From Octopus sinensis (Eukaryota), in contig NC_043004.1 in NCBI RefSeq assembly GCF_006345805.1, positions 95,480,001 to 95,544,000 of the forward strand: 64,000 nucleotides of DNA, read 5' to 3'. A program made the translations under genes and the position numbers. Each line of letters opens with the position of its first letter. Position 1 is the first letter of the stretch. Positions 40,288 to 52,524 of the stretch are shown here, piece by piece. The notes under the pieces were generated by a model. That model saw nothing but the letters and a program-made list of their open reading frames with translations. It had not been told where the DNA came from and made no database searches.

Positions 40288-40288
<1 letters not shown>
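40257..40288 (+). mobile_element. Helitron 3' terminus
   Basis: Hairpin ACCCGC-gcgtaga-GCGGGT, 9 nt, then CTAG|T. Confidence 0.7.
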
Positions 40289-40323
<35 letters not shown>

Positions 40324-40326
<3 letters not shown>

Positions 40327-40570
40327 CAGGTTTTGGGTTAGTGTGAGATCCCCCGGACCGATAATTATCCTTGTTCGCTAAATTAAATGCGGGAGCGACT
40401 GCCCCAGCACCCGCCGCGCTCCCGTCACTACTTAAATAATCTATAATAACATTAATAATTTAAGTAGTGACGGGGAGCGCGGCGGGTGCTGGGTCAGTCG
40501 CTCCCGCATTTAATTTAGCGAACAAGGATAATATCGGTCCGGGGGATCTCACACTAACCCAAAACCGTTA
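40324..40570. repeat. Near-perfect palindrome: arms 40324-40437 and 40458-40570, 20-nt AT-rich loop
   Basis: Arms differ by one substitution and three 1-bp indels. Confidence 0.97.
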
Positions 40571-42347
40571 TTCATCCGAGAATCACCCACCCGAATGCGA
40601 GAGCTGGCGTCCCGACCCATCACATGAATAGGAATAAGCATATATGGTTGTAATTCCCTTTGGTAAGCAGATTAGAACTACCTCCCCTCATGTTTCGACA
40701 AGCCATCGCCATAACTTCCCCAGAAATTCCAAATATTACTCCACGGTTAACTCGCATAAAGTTAGGATAGCTTTCTCCAACACTAAAAACCTCGCCCAGA
40801 TAATCGCCTCCCATAATAATAGGCTGCTTACTAAGACCCTATCACCTTTTTCCGAGGCACAGCTCTTCCGCTCCCGGTTTAACGCTCAGTAGAATAATAA
40901 TAGTAGTAATAATGATACGAGAGCCAGTACAGTGACTCATAATCTCAGCTCCAACCAGGGATTAGATACTAGGGGTATAGTTATAAATAAGGGTGATGTC
41001 ATTGACGGTAACAATGGCCAGTAGTGAGGTGAGGGCAGCTCGGCTCGTTAGGGTAGAGAGTCCCAATAGCAACTCCAGCATCGTTTCGGCAATAGCAGCA
41101 CACGGGCAATAGCAATGACAGCACTCTGAGTGATAGTGTAGATTCAGGGGTTATTCCGTTAGTTAATAGTGACGTAGTGGAAATAAAGTAGTAAGCGGCT
41201 GCAGTTTTCGCAACAAATATAGTAACAGTAACGCAGTTCTAATTTCAGAAACTAATCCTAATAGAATAAGGTTCACGTCGGTGAACTCCCAAGATCAGAA
41301 ATGCCGTCTACCAATGTAAGGTTACACGGACTCAGATGTCTACGCTTAGGTCGGGCCTCATCGTCAAGATTGGCTCACGAATCTCCAACCATTACGCAAC
41401 TTTTCGAGACGTGAATAATGCAAGACCACGGGACTTAGCAAGCTAATATGGCGATTGAAGAATACGAACTCAAGCTACAGACTGGAATGGTCAATTTTGT
41501 CGGTGGCCCTCCCATTTGACAGGGCAGAAGGAAGTGCAACCTTTTGTCTCCGAACTCTTCCATATATTGTTCGCCAAGAGACCGGACGGTAAACGGACTT
41601 ACAGTACGTCGCTTTTCGATGCCCCCATTGGCGGCGTTATACTTATCTTGCTTATAAATAACGCTTATAAATAATACCTGCACCCGGTTACACTACTTAT
41701 ATGAAAATAGCCCTTGGAAATAAATTCTGAAATAGCTTTTAAGAGAAATATGATTAACCATTGCAAGGGGAATTACTCCTGGGAGACGAATAGGGGTTCG
41801 TTTTTGACGACGGGGGGTTTTCTTTGACAAGGCATGATTAGACGAACACACGCACACATAAAATATTTTTCTGCCACCCGACTGATTTTACAGCAGTGAC
41901 CATTGTGTAGGGCTGTTTACGTACACACACACATGTTTCTAAGTAGATTTTGTCTCGCCCCATATAATACACCTAATATTCTTTAAATAGTCAGAACTTT
42001 AGTCTCGGTCACAAAGAACATCTAAGCACCCCGTGCTCTCACCCACTGGAATGACCGCTGCCTGACCCGTTAAAATCTTCAACGCCACCCACCACCCGTT
42101 TTCAACATACATTGATAACAGTTTGGCCATGGGCTCTTAGGAGCCTCGTTCGATTTGGTTGGCTCCGCCTCTGTTCTGTTTTTGTTTTTTCCAACGGATT
42201 TCCTATTTCTTCCTGAAGAGAAAGACACAATATGGTCTCCTTATTCAATCGAATTTGGTAAATTGTGCCTTTCGAAACACGTGTAGAATGCAATAAAACG
42301 ATTTGTGTTCAATCTTCGTTCAACTCCATTTCTTCAATTCACTAATA
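40458..42347 (+). mobile_element. 5'-truncated Penelope-like element: RT-EN linker, GIY-YIG relic and 3' pLTR, between (TA)n tracts
   Basis: VVIPFGKQIRT..FPRNSKYYSTVNSHKVRIAFSNTKNLAQIIASHNNRLL resembles the PLE linker; 41306-41570 reads VYQCKVT..ISNHYATFRD..GLSKLIWRLK..YRLEWSIL across frameshifts. Confidence 0.8.
42210..42288 (+). ncRNA. Type I hammerhead ribozyme in the PLE 3' region
   Basis: TTC-CTGAAGA(42213-19); stem II GAAAGACACAAT/ATTGTGCCTTTC (11/12); GAAA; palindromic stem III ACACGTGT; GUA cleavage triplet (after 42285); GAA closes stem I. Confidence 0.85.
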
Positions 42348-42379
<32 letters not shown>

Positions 42380-42450
42380 ATTATATTATACTATATAATA
42401 TGTATGTATGTTATATATATATATGTATGTATATATATATATATATGTAG

Positions 42451-42483
<33 letters not shown>

Positions 42484-42485
42484 TG

Positions 42486-42525
<40 letters not shown>

Positions 42526-43060
42526 TATACTATATATATATATAATATATATATAATAATATTATATATATATATATAAATCTCTATTGATTCACCAAGA
42601 AGCGATAATTACAGGACTCGGTACAAATGTAGAATAATTCATTAAACATTATAACTGAAGGGCTCCGATATCTAGTACTCGGAGTTGCAGGTTTCTGATC
42701 AGCAACTGGTAAACCGAGCTTGCTTTTCTTTTGAATATTCGCCGTCTGAATGTTTGTTTGAAATATGAAATAAAAGTCTGAAGGCAACGCTTATCTTTCT
42801 GTTCTTTCATTTAAAAACCTTTGTGAACAACATATGTGGAAACGGCTGCTTCAAGATAACGCTTTTGATTTCATTTCTGGTTCTCCATACAATCGAAGTC
42901 GTATATATAGCTGTCTGCATGTGTCTCTATATATATGTATATATACACACATATAGATATGCACACATGTACGTATACATATATACTAACCCCAAACCAC
43001 ATAGTTGAAAGAAACAAGCTTCTAAATCACTCAGCCACGCCTATATATACATATATACCA

Positions 43061-43138
<78 letters not shown>

Positions 43139-43152
43139 ATATATATATATAC

Positions 43153-43185
<33 letters not shown>

Positions 43186-43332
43186 TTTCTTTTTCTCTTT
43201 TACTTGTTTCATTCATTTGACTGCGGCCATACTGGAGCACCGCCTTTAGTCTAGCAAATCGACCCCGAGACTAATTCTTTGTAAGCCCAGTACTTATTAT
43301 ATCGGTCTCTTTTGCCGAACATATATATATAC

Positions 43333-43370
<38 letters not shown>

Positions 43371-43441
43371 TAGAGAAGTCAAAAATTATCCGTACTTTCG
43401 CATTAACATATCTTTGTTATTATCACACTGCCTTCTGGGCA

Positions 43442-43963
43442 TGCGTGCTTACAGTTGCTACTATTATGGTCACGTGATCGAAGTTTGAGCCTAATCGTGC
43501 CATTTTTCTTTCTGGCTTTACAGTGTAAGCATGGCCGTGCCACTAGTAATGTGCACCAAAGAAGAACAAAAGGCAGTGATCCGAGAGATGGCAACGGTAA
43601 ACCGGTTCGCCATTACCATCTCTTGATCTTGCTGAATCTTCTCGACAGTGGTGGAGGTTGACGTGCGTCCTTGCTGCCTCTTCGTGCTTCATGCTGTCCG
43701 GCCACTTTTAAACTTCTCGATCCCCTCATACACACTTCTACGCGGTAGTGCATTGTCCCCGTGTTGTGCTAAAAGCCTCCGATGAATTTCAGCACCTGAT
43801 ACATCTTCCGACCAGAGAAATCGGATCACTGCCCTTTGCTTTTCTTTAGTGCGCATTGCTAGCAGAGCAGCCATGCTTACATTGTAATGCCAGAATGAAA
43901 AATGGCACGATTAGTCTCAAACTTTGATCTCGTGACTACAATAGTACCAACTATAAGCACGCA
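43442..43963. mobile_element. Two inverted Tc1/mariner 5' fragments
   Basis: Minus strand MAALLAMRTKEKQRAVIRFLWSEDVSGAEIHRRLLAQHGDNALPRRSVYEGIEKFKSGRT (mariner N-terminal HTH); plus strand MAVPLVMCTKEEQKAVIR from 43531. Confidence 0.8.
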
Positions 43964-45256
43964 GGTACATTGCATCCGGGCTTGACTGTAATTTTATGGA
44001 GCCAAACCGGCGCATAATGGGAAAATACTCTGAAAGTAAGGCATCCCTGAAACGTGAATACAAACGGAATAAAACAAGTTTATTTCTTAACACTATAACT
44101 ACCATGGAGGTAGCCTTGACTCTGTTATCGTTGTTGGTGCTATTATTGTTGTATTACTTCTGTGATTATGCTTGTGGCCCCCGAAATCTGATAATTTGAT
44201 TAGTGAAAAGTAATGTACATTGTACACCCAGAGAATTCAGAAAAATGCAACAGGACTTAATCGTATTCTAAAGCGCCCACACACTGCTATTATTCAAAAA
44301 TATTCACTTATATATTAACTATAAAGAATAATATTGTACAATTGTATATGAACATAGACTCAGCAACTTAAAGATGCTGCATAGTGCAAAAATAAATGTC
44401 GTGGTCTACTATTAAAGCCCAATATCTTCCATCCTCGTGTTATATTATTCTTACACACACACACATGTATATATTTAATGATATGTAAAGATAAGATCCA
44501 ATAATCGAGGTCAAGAAAATTAGTAAGCTTCGAGCAGTCCGTAGAAGGTATAAAAAAAACATTCAGAAATAAAAGTGGTTTATTGGCGTAGATGGTTGTA
44601 AATTTTTCCCATGTCGAAGTTCGATAAGCCGAAAAGAGTTTATTTTATAGTTCACGGTTAGCGACTGGGGTTGCTATACATGCGAATAAAAACCCAAATT
44701 TAGGGTATTGAGCATTAGCTATTCATCAGGCCAAGGATACCTTAGTTAAACGAAAGTTACACTGTCATCAAGGGATCCCAAGTTATCTCACTGGAGATTT
44801 GAGCGGAAATGATATCTTCGGTCTGAGGAGTAGCCAGTGAAATGCTCCTCGTTGAGTAATTACTACTTCCGAGGTTCTGCTAGCTAGGATACATATGTAG
44901 CCTGGATTGAGGGTGAAAAAATGAATATTAATTTGATTAATATCACTCTAAAACCAGTGGTCTAGCATATTAAAATCTGAAGGTTCAGAAAATTATATTA
45001 CATATATATATATAAGAGAGATGACCACAACGTAGATAACCCTTATGCTAAAAGTAGATCTGCTATGGTCTTACTACTAAGAAATGTTCTCAAGAAAATT
45101 TAGCAAACGCCAAAACGTAATCGAGCAAGACAAATGAGAAATAACAAAAATATAGGTTAATCATGGACATGTTTCGCTATCAACATTTACGTTATTTTAC
45201 TTACACAATTTGTCCGGAGCTCCTCATAATGATCGTCATTGCAAACATGATATAAT

Positions 45257-45318
<62 letters not shown>

Positions 45319-45413
45319 CGGGAAGCTTTATGAAAATAAACAAAAGACGAAGCAGGTGGAATACAAGCAAACAATTGTATTAGTATGGCGCTCAGGAATA
45401 TAAATAAAACAAG

Positions 45414-45451
45414 TCTTTTACGTTTCGAGCCTACGCTCTTCAACAGAAAGA
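45414..45451 (-). ncRNA. Minimal type I hammerhead-like motif with A6U core variant
   Basis: TCTTT CTGTTGA A GAG cgtagg CTC GAAAC GTA AAAGA: 5-bp stem I, 3-bp stem II, loopless stem III; lies in a (TA)n-flanked repeat at ~45320-45505. Confidence 0.7.
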
Positions 45452-45528
45452 TACACAGAAAAGAAGCACGGAGAGAAACAAGGAGAGAAAAAAATGCGTG
45501 CAGAAGCTATATATATATATATATATTA

Positions 45529-45560
<32 letters not shown>

Positions 45561-45939
45561 TCTTCCTTCCATAATGTGAGTTGCTATCTAGGTCTTCTAC
45601 AGTAGAAAAACCTATTTTGTTCATCGCTTCATCTCGAAGCATCAAAGCACATCCCACTCGAGTGTAGTCTCAATCAGTCAAAAGGATCTTAGTCTTACAA
45701 TCTGCATGACGGCTTCACTTGTGCTGGTGCCATGATAAAAGCACGCTGTGCATGCCATAAAGTTGTTGATATTAGGAAAGGCATCCAGCGGAAGAGAAAT
45801 TATGCCAAAGCTGACATGTGGGTACAATGCAGTCTCTGAAACTGTCAGATCTCATCGAGCTGTCCAGCCCTTGCCAGCATGGAACGCGAATGTTATGCGA
45901 TGATTATGATTGTATAAAGCCCTTAAGGTTTTCTGATAT

Positions 45940-46001
<62 letters not shown>

Positions 46002-46900
46002 ATATATATATATATACATATATTTATATGTATATAAAGAGAGAGAGAGAGAGATGTATGTATGTATGTATGTATGTATGCATGTACGCATATATATATG
46101 CACATATGCATATGTGTGTGTATGTCTGTGTGTCTGTGTCCGCCCAACATCGCTTGACAACCGATGTTAGTGTGTTTACGTCCCCGTAACTTAACGGTTC
46201 GGCAGAAGAAAAAAAACGATAGATTAAGGCTTACAAAGAATAAGTCTTGGCGTCGATTTGCTCGACGAAAGGCGGTGCTCCAGCATGGCCGCAGTCATAT
46301 GACTGAAACAAATAAAAGAATATATACATATATATGCGTATATACTCACACACACTCATATGCACATATATATTAATATCCTTACCTACATGTGAGCATT
46401 ATATTAATACGCACTCAATACATACTTTTGTGTACATGTATACATACACGTAGGTACATACCTGTCTGTAACTGTGTCTGCGTGTGCGCGCGCGCGCGCA
46501 CGCATGTGTATGTAGTAGGGTGCTGTGAATGAAAAGCACCATTTTCCTATGTTCCAATGACCACTAAAGCTAAAATAACTACCAATAATACATACAGTTG
46601 TGTCACTCAACTATAGCAGTTCACAGTATTTCGAAAAAAAAAAAGAAAGTTTCTTACCTCAGCCAGAAATCATAATTGTTTAACCATCATCATCATCATC
46701 ATCATCATCCTCATCATTATCAGTAACATTCTATATGTTTTTTGTTTGTTTGTTTGTTTTTCTTCCTTTTTCCCCCTTCTTTTTTCTTTTCTCTTTATTT
46801 CTACCGCTCATTCTCTATAGCGTCCAACAACACTTCAAAGCAACAATCGACATCGTTAGCAGTATCCATTCCTCTTGATTGCTTACCTATATATCACACA

Positions 46901-46962
<62 letters not shown>

Positions 46963-46996
46963 CATTATTATTATTATTATTATTATCATCATCATT

Positions 46997-47073
<77 letters not shown>

Positions 47074-47191
47074 TATTATTATTATTATATTATTATTATC
47101 ATTATTATTATTATTATATTATTTTTATTTTTATTATGATTATAATCATGATCATCATCATCAGCATCATCATCGTCATAATTATCATCGC

Positions 47192-47235
<44 letters not shown>

Positions 47236-48049
47236 CATTATTATTATTGTTATTGTTATCATCATCATCATCGTCGTCATTCGTCATCATCATAGAATAA
47301 CATTTTCAACATACATCAATCCTACAATTAACCTTTCAGTCAATAAAAACCACCCCCCCCCCCCCGCCTCTCAACTACTACCACTACTACTACTACTACC
47401 ACCACCACCAACATTACCACCACCATCACCGTTTCCATCACTACTACCATAACTATTATCACAGACGTTATGCTTTGATGTTAGAGACATCAAAGGTTTT
47501 GCCAGTTTCTTTAAATGTCTTCACAGTTTGGCTACTCCACGGTGTGTTGCCAACATTTCTACTGTAATATTGCTATCCTCCTTCACACCCCCCCACATAC
47601 ACACACATATAGATATATATTCTCTCTCTCTCTCTCCTCTCTCCTCTCTCTCTCCTCTCTCCCCTTCTCCTATTCACTCCCGCTCTCTTGCTCTCTCGCT
47701 CTCATCATCGATAGCCATTAAACACTGCTCTGTCTTTGTGCTTAGTTCTTTTGTCAAAGACCAGTTTTGCAAGAATGGGTTTACTTTACCCTCCTCCCAT
47801 CCTCACATTTTTCCCCACCACTGACCACACATATAAAATGCTAGTTTTTGGACAATCTGCCAGGTTAATTTATCATATCCATAACCCATATCACTCGCAG
47901 ATCTATCAGAATTTTAGGATTGGTACAGAAGCTCATTTTCCTGTTATTCCTTGCTGAATTCATTACAACATATCTATCTACACACCACTAATTTCATTCA
48001 TATTAAAATGCAGCTAAATATTTTAATGTTTTCTTTTGTTTTACTTTTT

Positions 48050-48088
48050 ATACATATATATATATATATATTATATATATATATATAG

Positions 48089-48122
<34 letters not shown>

Positions 48123-48145
48123 ATATATATGTGTGTATATATATA

Positions 48146-48183
<38 letters not shown>

Positions 48184-48298
48184 ACACATATATATGTATA
48201 TATATATATATGTATATATATAATATGTATATATATATATATGTATATATATATGTATATATATATATATGTATATATATATGTATATATATATATAG

Positions 48299-48329
<31 letters not shown>

Positions 48330-48346
48330 TAGATATATATATATAT

Positions 48347-48377
<31 letters not shown>

Positions 48378-48390
48378 GTATATATATATG

Positions 48391-48422
<32 letters not shown>

Positions 48423-48425
48423 TAA

Positions 48426-48476
<51 letters not shown>
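48050..48476. repeat. Long interrupted (TA)n microsatellite
   Basis: Direct inspection. Confidence 0.95.
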
Positions 48477-48477
<1 letters not shown>

Positions 48478-49659
48478 TGGTGGCGGGGTGGGATTTTCTT
48501 TTCTTTTGTGATGTTTTATAGTTAGCAATCAGAGACCTACATTTTATTTCCAAATGAATTAAACATAATGGCACATTTATTCATCTATATATCCTAGGCC
48601 ACATACATTTACTTTGAATATTAAACACAGCAACAACCACTTATCATGAACCTTCGTCACAACCCCACCTATTCCAAAATATTGCAGCACAGCTACTCTG
48701 CATTTTATATACGCTAAACATAGCCACACCCCCATTGAATAAATTAGGGAAATGACAACCTTCTTGCAATTCATCCACTCTCACTTTCTCTTTATACTCT
48801 TAACAGCTATTTTTTAAATATACCCAGTGTACTCAACCTACTTTCAAACGATAATCTCGCCTTTTCCCATACACTCACAATACCACACCTACTTTCAAAT
48901 TTGCACATATAACCACACACTCTCTTTCATGCATTCAGTATACCACACCCCCTTTTCTTTGTTTTTGTAGACTGCAACTCCAGTTATGTTCAAAAGTTTA
49001 GTCTACTTTCTCTGTGCACTCACATATGCTCTAAGCATAGCTAACCCACGTATATGGTGTGGAGTCAGGAATCATTTACAACATAATTTTGGTTTCGAAT
49101 TTTGGCACAAAGTCCACAAGTTCTAGGTAAGGGGTAAGTCAATTACATGGAGCCCCAGTGTTCAACTGGTGATTATTTTATCAACCTTGAAAGGCAAAGT
49201 CGACCTCAACAGAATTTGAACACAGAATCATTATCACACCACGCATTTTGCCTGGTGTGATAATGATTCTGCCAGCTTGCCGCCTTAATTTATGATACAA
49301 TATTAGCAATATAAATTAATCCAATTTAAACACAGCTCCACCCACCATATGTCAAACACTCTTCAAAATTACAATATTGATTTATGTTTCAAAGACTTAG
49401 GGAAGGGCATAATCGATTAAATTGTCTCTTGTACTTGACTTGCATTTTATTTTATTAACTCTCCAAGGATGAAATGTGAAGCTGACCGCCCCACCCCCAT
49501 TGAGATTTTGAACTCAGAATGTAAAGGACTGTAGCTAAATACTGGGGGTCAATGAAATGAATATTAGTTGACTACTGGGATCAATCTAATCGATAACATA
49601 GGCACATCCTACATATTTGAACCATGTGTCAATGCAAAAAGTCAGTTTTATAGTACATA

Positions 49660-50064
49660 CTAGCAACTAAGCCCGGTTTCACCCGGTCGTTTGGGATCAT
49701 GTGGCTGTAAAACCTGCTCTGTGTAAGCATTCGATTTGTTTGGGCACACTTACGTTAAAAACAATTTTAGAAAGACTTTTTGTCAAAACGCTAAAAATAA
49801 CTGACCAAAAAAAAAAAACAACCAGAATTCAACCAAATCAAAAAATAAACCCAAAATACTAAGGGAACAAAAATGAACCATCCCACTTGCACTGCGCGTG
49901 CACACGCTCACACACACAAACACACACACACACACATTCACATACACCCCTTATACATACACACATATATTTACACAGTGTTGAAACGCTCACTCCTTCC
50001 TTCCTTATTCATCTATCACCCCTTCCTTTTTCATTCATAAACACAAGAGTATTATTATAGTAGA
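49660..50064 (-). mobile_element. Apparently complete non-autonomous Helitron (~405 bp) with internal (CA)n
   Basis: Minus strand A|TCTACTAT at the 5' end; ccgggtgaaaccggg hairpin then CTAG|T at the 3' end. Confidence 0.7.
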
Positions 50065-50360
50065 TTATCTTGGTAACCATGGGAGCTATGAAAACATACA
50101 AAGCCCAGCATCACCACCGAATCGTTCTACACATCCGTGTAATTTTTTGCGCAATTCCACCCAGCCATTTGACTGTGAATCTCAAGACAAGAAAGAATCG
50201 CTCATATCAAATTTATATGTATAGATTATCACATAACCAAACCAACAATTACATCATTATACTATAAACTTCATATTGTTTTATCACTCTATGATAGAAT
50301 CAACAAAATAATATTTATGTATATATATATATATACTTTATTTAAAAGCAGCAGAAATTC

Positions 50361-50414
50361 AACAAAACCTGTTACTCTGAGTTTCACGTTCCCGTTCGTC
50401 GGACAGTTTTTGTT
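50361..50414 (-). ncRNA. Type I hammerhead-like motif with U4C core variant
   Basis: aacaaaaaCTGT CCGACGA ACG ggaa CGT GAAACTC a GAGTA ACAGgttttgtt: stem I 11/12 bp, stem II 3 bp, stem III 4 bp with a 1-nt loop. Confidence 0.72.
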
Positions 50415-51764
50415 AAAATAGAACCGATATGCCAATTCTATCAAGACTAGTATAAACGCTACACCTTTAAAAATGTTTAGTCCGGTATATATATAATATT
50501 ATCATACACATGTAAAATTAATTTTGTCGTAATTTGTCATATAGAACCAGTTGACTATATTACAAATTACCATACTATAAAATTAATATTGTTATAGTTC
50601 CACATTATGGACCCAACAGAATAGTGTCACCGTGTTATAAAATGAATATTGTAATAATATTGTTACATCACAGAATCAACTATATCATGAAATAACTACA
50701 ATACAAACCCAGCAGGGTATCAATGACAAAACAACATAATATAATGATGACACACATATAAACTCTTAATATGTTACAGCAGGTTCAATCATGAATATGC
50801 TAATCGCTGTTGTATTTCATCATTGAAGAACAACTTTCAAATGAATGGGTGTTCATAACGTATTCCATTCATTATTGTACAGGGATTTTGGGACATTTCA
50901 ACATTGTTGTGTTTGCTCAGTCACAGCTCCTGTGGGCTGATGAATGTAACAACTGTTTGTGGCTCATTACACATTCAGATTCACGGTCGAATGTGTTAAG
51001 AATTATTATAATGATTTATTAACATTGCATAATGTTGTATAATTACAATCACAATACATTTTTGTGAAATTGAAATATCCTCATTTTTATTATGATAATA
51101 TCACTACAATGTAACACATTAAGGCAACTAATTGACAGAGTCATTAGAGTGTCGAAAATAATGATTTATGGTATTTGTTTCAACCTCTGCATTCTGAGTT
51201 CAAATCTTGCCAAGGTCATCTTATCCTTTTGAATTCAATAAAAACGTACCAATCCAAGGTGATGGATTGGCAAAAACTGCTAGAAAAACGTTGCAGTATT
51301 TGTCCTGGGTCTCTGCATTCTAAGTTCAAATCTTACCTTGACTTGCTTATGTGGTAACGTGAGTGTTTTACTTGATTTAAGAAGCACTACTTGACAGTTC
51401 GAGGGCTTTGAAAAGGGTTCACTTTATTGTAGGCATTTGGGCGCAGGTTTCCAGTTTGAAGATACTTCTCACCCACAAGTCTTGCAAACCCTGAAACAGG
51501 TCATAGGCACTCTCTTCTCTCCTGACCAAAGGAAGAAAAATACATTACAGAAACATTTAAGTTTTATCAGATTTTTATAGTGTCACACAATTAACTTTTA
51601 CACCAATACCACATCATAACAGAGGGTCAATCCATTGAGGGAACATGTATGCAGATCTTAAAAAAGTTAGAGTTAACATCTTGGGTCATGCCGACTCATA
51701 AGGGCCAATTTCCCAGTTACCATGGCGTATAAATTCCCGACCTGTACTGGTCCGTTGCAGGATT

Positions 51765-52140
51765 CTTTTATTCTTAGATTTGTTTTAGTCATTTGACTGC
51801 GGCACTGTTGAAGCACCGCCTTTAGTCGAACAAATTGACCCCAGGACAAACCGGTAAGTTATGGGGACGTAAACACACCAACATCGCTTGTCAAGCGATG
51901 GTGGGGGGACAAACGCAAACACACGAACATACACACATATAACACACGTGTATATATATACATATATATATATATACGGTGTGCTTCTTTCAGCTTCCTT
52001 CTACCACATCCACTCACAAGACTCTGGTCAGATCGAAGCTATAATAGAAGACACTTACCCAAGGTGCTACGCAGTGGGACTGAACCCAGAACCATGTGGC
52101 TGGTAAGCAAGCTACTTACCACACAGCCACACCTGCGCCT
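51765..52140 (-). mobile_element. Major tRNA-derived SINE, nested in another SINE (head 52150-52285, tail 51680-51765)
   Basis: Homology to 3276-3760; flanking pieces resemble 59324-59629. Confidence 0.8.
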
Positions 52141-52524
52141 ATATTACTCATTTTTGTCAGCTAAGTGGACTGGAGCAGCGTAAAATGACGTGTTTTGCTC
52201 AAGAACACAATGCATCGCCCGGTCTAGGAATCGAAATCACAGTTTTACGATCATGATTCCAACACCCTAATCACTAAACCACATGGTTGCTTGGTTGTGT
52301 TTCCATCATGCAATATCATTATCATACAATGTGTCATTCATTTTTCAATAATCTATGAAAGCATGTCCGGTTAGGGAAAGTATTAACCTACTTGGAAACA
52401 GGTGAGGGTTATTGACAGGAAGTGCATCCGACTGCCACGATTAATTCCGTCTAACCCATGCAGGCATTTAAAAATGGACAAAGAAGATGATGACAATAAT
52501 GATAATGACAATGATGATGATATT

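Noticed and set aside
40324-40570. Parvovirus/densovirus terminal hairpin or linear plasmid telomere
   Set aside because: The right arm is continuous with PLE sequence; no NS1/Rep or capsid remnants nearby
42640-42720. CTGAAGG followed by the hairpin gctccga..tcggagt in a (TA)n-flanked repeat
   Set aside because: Position 9 is G and no GAAA follows the stem, so not a hammerhead fold
44700-44850. Further hammerheads: CTGATGA on the minus strand near 44730 and CTGAGGA..GAAA on the plus strand near 44823
   Set aside because: The first lacks GAAA after its stem; the second has no paired stem II or stem III. At most decayed relics.
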